Under the pieces are notes generated by a model. It was not told the DNA's origin. It worked only from the letters and a program-made list of their open reading frames with translations, and made no database searches. The translations under genes were made by a program, and so were the position numbers. From Callorhinchus milii (Eukaryota): a stretch of 64,000 bases of DNA. This document shows positions 55,415-64,000 of this stretch, in pieces (positions within the stretch are counted from its first letter, which is position 1; every line of letters begins with the position of its first letter). The stretch is taken from the NCBI RefSeq assembly GCF_018977255.1, contig NW_024704743.1, forward strand, positions 23,934,001-23,998,000. Direction: 5' to 3'.

Positions 55415-55760
55415 ATCTGCCTGTGGCTCAGTTCCCATCTGCCAACTTTATCCACATCTCTGCTGAAGGCTCTGACACAAGCTGGGGAACAATTCAGCAG
55501 GTGCTACCATTACTCTGTTACCTCTCCCTAGTGACTGTTCATGTGTGACCCCAGACATTCAGTCTTGGCAAGCGGTTTGACTGTCACTTCCATCACAACT
55601 AACCCCGTTCCTTGCACAGCACAGGAGGCGTCACTGATAGTGATAGGGAAGCCTGGCTGAATCCCCCCTCCCCAGCCTGGAGATGCTAAGGCCAATTATA
55701 ACATCTCGACAGCAGTCAACTCAGCACACACTGGGGATTGAACCCTCTGGTCTGTGTGAC
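55415..55760 (-). mobile_element. Older SINE-like element of a different family (unassigned)
   Basis: B-box complement ggggattgaaccc next to aactcagcaca and ggccaattata. Related decayed pieces lie at about 11410-11590 and 16455-16560. Confidence 0.55.
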
Positions 55761-55761
55761 T

Positions 55762-55988
55762 TTGTTGACTATATTTGTGGGTGCAACGCGGCAGCCAATT
55801 GCGCACAGCAGTGTCCCACAAACAGTCGTGGATTGAAGTGACCAAATTATTATTGTTTTTTTTTCTTGAAGGATTATTATCAGGCGTGTGGAGTAAGGAA
55901 ACTTGCACAAGGTTTCACCCTGCCGGGAATCAAACCCAGGTCTCTTGCTTGTGAGGCGAGTGTTCTAACCATTGAGCTACAGGACTCC
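55762..55988 (-). mobile_element. tRNA-headed SINE, short variant, tail missing
   Basis: Head complement ends ...ttgagctacaggactcc; the body matches the 15294 family. Confidence 0.88.
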
Positions 55989-55991
55989 ACA

Positions 55992-56432
<441 letters not shown>

Positions 56433-56999
56433 TAGACTAGGAAAAAGATTCACTAGTGTATTCATTTCACAGTTCACTTCTATTTGCCCTGTCATACATT
56501 TTACACACATTATTCAATCAGTGGCAATCAAATAATTTTGCAGCAAAAGGCCATACCGTGCGCTTTCCTCTCCTGACTGCATTCGTTGTCACCGTAGAAT
56601 ATATTAAGACTGTATCAGCACATCTATTGTATTATTTTCAGTAAATATGTTGGTTTGGGTTTGATTTGTTAAAGGTTTATGAGCAATTAGTTTGAAGTTT
56701 ATATTTAACCTATATTAGGAGCAGATCACTGTAATACTCTACAATGTCCTCCATTCACCCCCTCCCTCTCTCACCCCATTCCTCTCCCCCCCACCCCCCC
56801 CATGCCCCTTGGCTGCCCACAAAACATGCTGGAATTGCAAACCATGGTCCTTTAATCTGCACTTGTTTAGCTTGTGTTCTACACACCTTTGCTGACTTAC
56901 AATTTTGCTAATTCAAATGGCTTGTCCAGTTCTAGTCAGAGTTGGGATAGTTATTGAAATATAATGGTACTTCAGCCATTTCCTTCAATTGCCTGTTAT

Positions 57000-57270
57000 C
57001 GAGAGACCTGAGTTCAATTCCAGGCAGGGCGAAACCTTGGGCAAGTTTCCTTACACCACACACCTAATAATAATCCCTCCAAAACAAAAAACAATAATAA
57101 ATTTGGTCATTTTCAATCTACGACTGATTGTGGGACATTGCTGTGCGCAATTGGCTGCCGCGTTCGCCCACAAATATACAGTCAATTCACTTTACAGTAT
57201 ATTCTGTGAAGCGCTTTTGGATGTCTAGAAGACGTGAAAAGGGCTATATCAAATGCAAGGATTATTATTA
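57000..57270 (+). mobile_element. tRNA-headed SINE, short variant, 5'-truncated
   Basis: Very close by eye to 15335-15610, sharing the diagnostic ggtcattttcaatctacgactg. Confidence 0.9.
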
Positions 57271-60200
57271 ATATTATCATCATAGATAAGGCTGGACATT
57301 TTACTTCTAAGTATTTCCCCGTGTTCCTTTTCAATTTTTGCTTTTTTTCAATAATTCCTTTCCCCGAACAGTTGTTTAATGATATTGTATTATGCACGTA
57401 GTAAGTAGTATGAGTGAGCAAGCTTTATTAAAACAAAGGTCGTACCTCTGTGAAGCATGGAGACCAAATGCTCCCTTTCCTGCAGTTCAGGCAGGTGTCT
57501 GAAGCAGGACATCCAGAATTCTTACAAATGAGCACAGCCTGAAATGTGAGCAGCTTTGTTGGAGAACGTATACCTTGACATATGACATGTGGCATTTTCG
57601 TTAGACTGCAAACATTATTAAACTAGAAGAGAACATTGTGCTGCACAGTATTGCAAAGAACATGTTTGAAGGGAAATATATTCATCTGAATTACCACTTG
57701 CTGCAAAAGCTTATATATAGAGTTATTTAATAATAGAAATCATATTTGAACTTGATATAATAATCATCCTTGCATTTGACAGTGCATTATATTGAAATGT
57801 CTCAAAATCCTTTATGCAATGAGTGAAGATGATAGAATTTTACAGCACACCATACCTGTTTTCTGAGTATATTTAATAGTGACTTGTTTGCAGACCATCA
57901 GAATACAGCAACAAATCTCTATCAGCTTCAATCCACAAGCAGATACCCAATGAGTATTATGAGTGACCAATTCATCTGCTTTGAGAAATTTAAATGAGGA
58001 AAATTTACTCGTCAGCACACCAGAAGAACTCAGTGGGAGCACTCTTCGCCTCTTAAGCCTGAATTGTCGTGGGTTCAACTTCCACATGGGGTTTTGAACT
58101 CATGTAGACTAAGCTGACACTCCAATGAAGTGCTTTGGGGGTGTTGCAGAGTGGACCTGAACAGTAAGAAGAGATCTCTGTTTTACCTCATTCACAGAGC
58201 AGTACCAATAACAATGCAGCATTCCCTCACTGGAATAACCGGTCAAGGATGGGTCTAGATCATAGAACCAACTGACCCAGTAAGAGTGCCACTCACTGAG
58301 CCAAACTAATACACTTTCAACACTTCAACAGTAACAACTTGCACCTATATAGCGCCCTCCACGCAGGGTAGCAACTTAGAGCACTTAACACTTACTGGGT
58401 GATGGTCATCCCTTGGTTAATGCATATTTTATAATAATACTGTACTTATGTTTGGTATATAGCACTTTTTAGGTCAGGAAGATCTCCCAAAGCACTTGCG
58501 GGAATAATGAAAAATGCAGTGACTGCGTACTTTGTGGCCAAAATATAATGGTATTTTGGTTTAATATTACGATTGGAATTCTTGCTGCTTGTCCAACTAG
58601 GAACACTCTACTTGTTAACAAGAGGCAAGTGGGAAGAAGCCCTGCCCACAGGTTTCAAAGCACCTTAGAGAGGAATGAGAGTTAAGAATATCAAAATCAG
58701 ACTGAGAGTTCCATATGTGTATGTCACCTACACATGGAAATGTGCATGTCTAGAATTGAATGAGCCTTTTCTCCCCAGAGGCATCCACCCATACACCCTT
58801 CTTAACCTATTCCAAAGAGTATTAGGTGCAGGTTGGTGAGAGCCAAGGCCTGGGACTCCAGAATGTGTATTACTGCTGGAGTTTAACTGCTAAAACCACG
58901 ATGAGCTGCACTGGGAGCATCAGTTAGCATTCACTCCCAAACCAAACCAGTCGATAATTAAAGACCGTAATGTTCGACAATTTGATAATTATCATATCAT
59001 AGATCACATTTTGCACCTTCAGGTTTCAGTGTTGGAGATGTGAAGATGGATGAATATTTTGGTGCTCATTTGTTGGATTCAGGAACGAGTCCTTGATTAC
59101 ATGCAGCCTTGCCGCAGAATCAAACGCAGCCGCCAAGACAGCCCCAGTGGGGGAAGCCTTGCCCATTAGCATGAAAAAGACAGCAGTGCTATGCGCTATC
59201 AGCTCCAGCAAAATCTCTCAGAGGCAAAAGAGCAATTTAGCTTTAAAGTCTTTCAAAGATTGTTTTCCCTAGACTGACCTTTTAGTTTTTCCTTTTATTA
59301 CTGAACTTTGTGTTATAATTCCAAGACTTTCTCACTTTTGGATTCTCTTTGTATTAAGCATAGAGGAAGATGCACAGTCTCGCGATTTCTATTTACAAAG
59401 TTTGCCTGACCTCATTAGGTTACTGAAGCAGATCATTCAATATCCAAGTAATGTGGGAACATGTGACTTTACTTAAAACAGTGGTTCCTGCTAGGACTTT
59501 TCTTTGGAGATAGGATGAAAGCATCTCATCAATGAGTTGACGCTTAGCGGTGCAGAGCACCAGATGCTGATTTGGTATAATCCGAAGATCATGATGTATT
59601 TAAGCAGGGAAGGCACAAATGTTTCATAGAATATGGATGGGTAATAGTTTACTAGATGTGTTTGCAAATGTTATCAATTCCCACTTCTGTGGTTACAGTT
59701 GACTGTATCAACCCTGTTTTTCGCTTTTTTTAAGTGCAATTTGCTCTCTTTGATAGGAGAATTTTTTTGCTGTGGTTTAGAACCATGGAAATCATATAAA
59801 TAATCCTTGCATTTTGATATAGCGCCTTTCATTTTGGGAGGGCATCCCAAAGCACTAAGGAGTCCATTCAGCACCTGGTTTGCGCAGAGTTGAATAACCT
59901 CCTCCTGTCCTACCTGTGCCCAGTGAGTATATTATCAATTACAATTCCTGACATCCTGTGCACACGTGACCAGAAATGCAAAGTACATGTCCAGCAGGAG
60001 TCGTGCCTTTGGTGGCCTTTGGGTCTCAGCAAGGAATCCTGGGTCGCGAATATGAGTGAAGGCCGCTATATAAATGCAAGTTGTTGTTGTTGAGTCTCGC
60101 CTACCCTTCTCGTCACCTTATCCTTCAATCTTTCTTTTTAACTCATTTATGTTGCTCTACTTCTCTTACCTTCCCTGGTGACTTGTTCTGCAAGTCCATC

Positions 60201-61887
60201 AGCCGTTAAGCAAAAGATTTTGCCTGACTTTGCTACTTTGATTAAAAAAAACTCTCAGGGGATTACAGAGAACATGGATTTCACGCTGCTTTGCTATTAA
60301 TGCAAAGCATTTCCCCCGACAACAATGAAGGAATTTCACAGTCTTGAGTCATAGTTTGCTTGAAGAGAAAAAGTCACTGGTAAAATTTCTCTCAATTTAT
60401 CAGAACAGAGTATTGACTGACCACCATATCGCCTGAAAATAAGCCACAAGCATTACTTTCATTACAAAGTGAGTAGCTATTAATTTTGTCAGGCAGACAC
60501 CTTCCAGAATAATTGGAAGAAATGACTGCATGCTACAAGCACTGCTTAATGATTATGGGTCTTTTATATTCTTCTAAGGATCTGGTCTAATGGTCTGCTC
60601 TGCAGGATGTCTTTAGAATTGCTTTCATTGGCCAGATTTATCTTTTACAGGAACCTATGCTTCTTGGAATTTAATTGTTTTTCCTCTCCCATTCTTGCTT
60701 AGTAGTTCACCTACAAAATACTACATTACCCACATTACTTTACAATATATCCTGTGAAGCACTTTGAGATAACTCGACAACGTGATAAGCTGCTGTATTA
60801 AATTTGCAAGGATTATTATTGATTTTTATAGTTTTGTCTATTTCCCCTCTTCCCCAAATAGACAGTTTCTCCTGAGCCCATGTGCCAACTTTCAGTGGAT
60901 TTGACAAGTAGATGCCAATGATACTCTTTCTGGTGGGCATATGACAGGAGCATGGACATTTTCTTCACAGAAAGAGAGCCGTCAGTCTATCATGATTGTG
61001 CCACCACAGCTGTTGTTCTAATTTGCTTCCTTTTTATTAATTCTACTTTCCAACTATTTCTTAATATTCCTAATGATTTTACCACTTAGTAATAATAATA
61101 ATAATAATAATCCTTGCAATTGATGTAGCATCTTATCACGCCGTTGAGATGTCTCAAAGCACTTCACGGAATATACTGTAAAGTTGATTGATTGTGCATT
61201 TTGGGGTAAAAACATGGCAACCAATTGCACACAGCAATGTCCCACAACCAATGGTGGATTGAGTGACAAAATTATTTTTTTTTTAAAAAAGGAATTATTA
61301 CCCCCAGAAAAGCAATTCGCCAATCGACTGATGACTACTAGACAGATGTCTCAAAGCGCTTCAAAGGATATACTGTAAAGTGGATCGACTGTATTTTGTG
61401 GACAAAATGTTTGACCAAGTGATAAAGATTTGAGAGTGAGTTTCAGAACTAGGTTAATGTGTGTAGATCACACGAATCCCTCCAGAAAGAGATTAGCACT
61501 CAGTGAGCAGCTCAGCCACTGCAATGGTGGCTGTGAAAATTGTCTCTAACAGAAGACAAGTGACCACTTAGTAATTGGAATCTTTTCAACACAAAATACA
61601 AAATGGCAAGAAGAATGTACAAGAAATCATTAATTAATTACACTAGAAAATGAAGGAGATTTTCCGTGGTTTTAAATATCAAATATTTAATAGCAGGATT
61701 AATTTATGTTGTTGCTGGTTTACGCTGAGCCCTGACCAGGTTTGTAACTAGTTGGCTATGGGAAGAAGGACCAGGAGAACAAAGGACTCTTAGATATATA
61801 GGCATCTAGAATATGAAAGCAAAGAGGTAATACTAAACTTATATAACTCGTTAGTTCGACCACAGTTAAAATATCGTGTCCAGTATT

Positions 61888-62182
61888 GGTTCTGTAGCTC
61901 AGTGGTTAGAGCACTCGCTTCGCAAGCAAGAGACCTGGGTTCGATTCCCAGCAGTGTGAAACCTTGTGCAAGTTTCCTTACTCCATACGCCTAATAATAA
62001 TCCCTCAAGAAAAAAAAACAATAATAATTTGATCACTCAATCCACGACTGTTTGTGCGACACAGCTGTGCGCAATTGGCTGCCGCATTTCACCCACAAAA
62101 TTAGTCAATTCACTTTATAGTATATTCTGTGAAGCGCTTTGAGACGTCAAGAAGACATGAAAAGCGCTATATCAAATGCAAG
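61888..62182 (+). mobile_element. tRNA-headed SINE, short variant (part of composite unit B)
   Basis: ctgtagctcagtggttagagcactcgcttcgcaagc...gggttcgattccc...aaagcgctatatcaaatgcaag. Confidence 0.92.
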
Positions 62183-63267
62183 TGAGGTGACCATATAATA
62201 ATGATAATCCTTGCATTTGATATAGCGCTTTTCACATCTTCTAGACGTTTCAAAGCACTTGGATGTCAAGTGGAAAGATATCAAGGCGATAGAGGGGGTT
62301 GATGGGGGTGGGCGCGTGTCTTTAAAATGTAAATTTCTGCGAGCCAAAAGCCCACCCCACCCGTAGATGGACAATTCCAAATTTTTATTTACTCAATTTA
62401 ATTCAAATTCACTTTTATTCATTTTAATTGTTAAGGAGGATTTGTTTGATTTATTATGAATGTTAGGAAGGATTTACAATGTGAATTTTATTACACTATG
62501 TTTATTTTAAATGCATCAACACTTAGCCAGAAAATCTGGCAGGCTGGACCAGACTCCCCTGCCCCCCCCCCCCCGCCCCCCACACACCCATTTCCCATTT
62601 GTCTGGTTAGCTGATGGTGAAGTGTATTTGCTTCCGGTTCCTTTTTGAACAATTTCATTCATCCAACCTGAATAGCCCCATGTTTGTTCCAGGTCTCCTC
62701 TCTGGGTTTATCCCCAATGGCGCAGCCAAGATTGAGAACTTGACCCACAGAGATACTCCCATGGAATAATACTGTTGCATGTTGTCTATGAGACAGTCAG
62801 TTCTGCCTCTTTGTCATGGTTTCCTCAAAATATGTTGTTGAACACTATATTAATTTTGATCTTCTAATCTTATTTGTTCCACTCTTGCCATTTGTCTCAC
62901 TGTTATAGCTGAGAGCTACAGTGAGCAGGGGGTCTGCTCCCAGCCCTTTGCCAATAGTGGCCTGAAGATAGCGTCCATAATGAGATGAACGAGTGTCCAG
63001 GATTCTCTTCCTCTAGGTAGGAGGTATGTTGCTTCTGCTCACTGCCGCCTACAGCAGTGAAGCTATGATCAGGAGCTCAGCAGAATGTAGGATTGAACCT
63101 GGGTTCTCAGCAATCGCCTGGGGAATAACGCTGCATTGTTTTAGTTGCCAACCTTCAAATGAGACCTAAATGCTAGGTCCTTTCTGCCTCTTCAGATAAA
63201 TGTTAAAAGATCTCATGACATGATCAAAAATATTTTTTCCCAACTTCCTGGCCAACAATCCTTGCTT

Positions 63268-63570
63268 GTCACCCCGTCCCCCAGTGGATCAAATTCAAGA
63301 TTCTCGTTCTCACCATCAAATCCCTCCACGGTCGCACCCTACCTTACATTCACAATCTCCTTCAACCCTACCAACCCAGTTGGCTGCTTTGCACAGCCTG
63401 CTTTATGTTGCCCCACCCTATCTACTTTGCCATTAAGGGGTGAGCTTTCAGCCATTTTGCGCTTACCTTCTGGAACTCCATCCCCAAGTCCCTCAGACTC
63501 CCTCTCTCTCTCACTCCCCTCATTCAAGGTCTGTCTCAAGACCTACCCCTTTGAACGCATTTTGGTAATT
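63268..63570 (+). mobile_element. L2 3' fragment
   Basis: cagtggatcaaattcaagattctc...ctggaactccatcccc...ttcaaggtctgtctcaagacctac resembles the other L2 copies. A further L2 appears to begin at about 63935 and run off the window. Confidence 0.75.
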
Positions 63571-64000
63571 TTCGTCTCCCACCATCTTCAGTTTTCAATG
63601 CCTGTTCTGGTACCCAGCCAGCACCGTTAAGCACTTTGTTTGTAGTTTGTTGTTTGCAAGGTAGCTACAAGTTCACCTACAAATAAAGTCACTACACCTT
63701 GCAGCAATTATATGTTGAGTGCTATGAAGCATTTCAATGTAGTAGGCATTGTATCATATGTAAAAGATATTATATATCATCATTGGTCCTATGGAATGAT
63801 AAAGGGCATTTTCAAGACATATTTCATACATACCGCAAGTTATTTCTTTACCCAGAGGGAGTAATTAATGATTGGAACAGGTTACCCCTTACCCCACCCT
63901 ACCCCTACACAACCCTTCCTCCATGCTCTCTACCTCTCTGCCTCCACCCTGAACTCCAGGATTACTGGGGTCCTGACCAACTGCCTGTCCGATATCAAGT

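Noticed and set aside
59023..59170. Next CTNND2 exon after exon 6
   Set aside because: The candidate AG acceptors lead to in-frame stops, and none encodes the expected DGW-starting peptide.
59867..59888. REST/RE1 site (ttcagcacc)
   Set aside because: Only the left half matches; there is no GGACAG-type right half at canonical spacing.

Overview
This is vertebrate genomic DNA, not prokaryotic. The repeat content (Deu-domain SINEs, young L2 and CR1 LINEs, Penelope-type hairpins) points to a cartilaginous fish, possibly a chimaera; that is an inference. The whole window lies inside one + strand gene, delta-catenin (CTNND2). Six consecutive coding exons of the C-terminal armadillo repeats are present (19240-19357, 27144-27326, 37938-38111, 41695-41845, 51057-51315, 56318-56402), with GT-AG boundaries and phases that splice into one open frame. 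The rest is intron, densely filled with tRNA-derived SINEs, L2 and CR1 fragments and simple repeats. Most ORFs in the track are noise or LINE debris. The most notable observations are: (1) a ~0.75 kb chimeric unit (unique DNA + CR1 ORF2 piece + SINE) present twice in inverted orientation around exons 5-6; (2) Penelope-type repeats carrying minimal hammerhead-ribozyme cores, one in the loop of a 73-bp hairpin; (3) several pre-miRNA-sized fold-back hairpins; (4) a Gly/Ser-rich insertion in exon 5; (5) a cryptic in-frame 51-nt ATG-initiated exon beside a weak donor; (6) an unclassified four-copy repeat, one copy enclosed by inverted repeats. Repeat boundaries and identities were judged by eye and are approximate. 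No new protein-coding system is evident.
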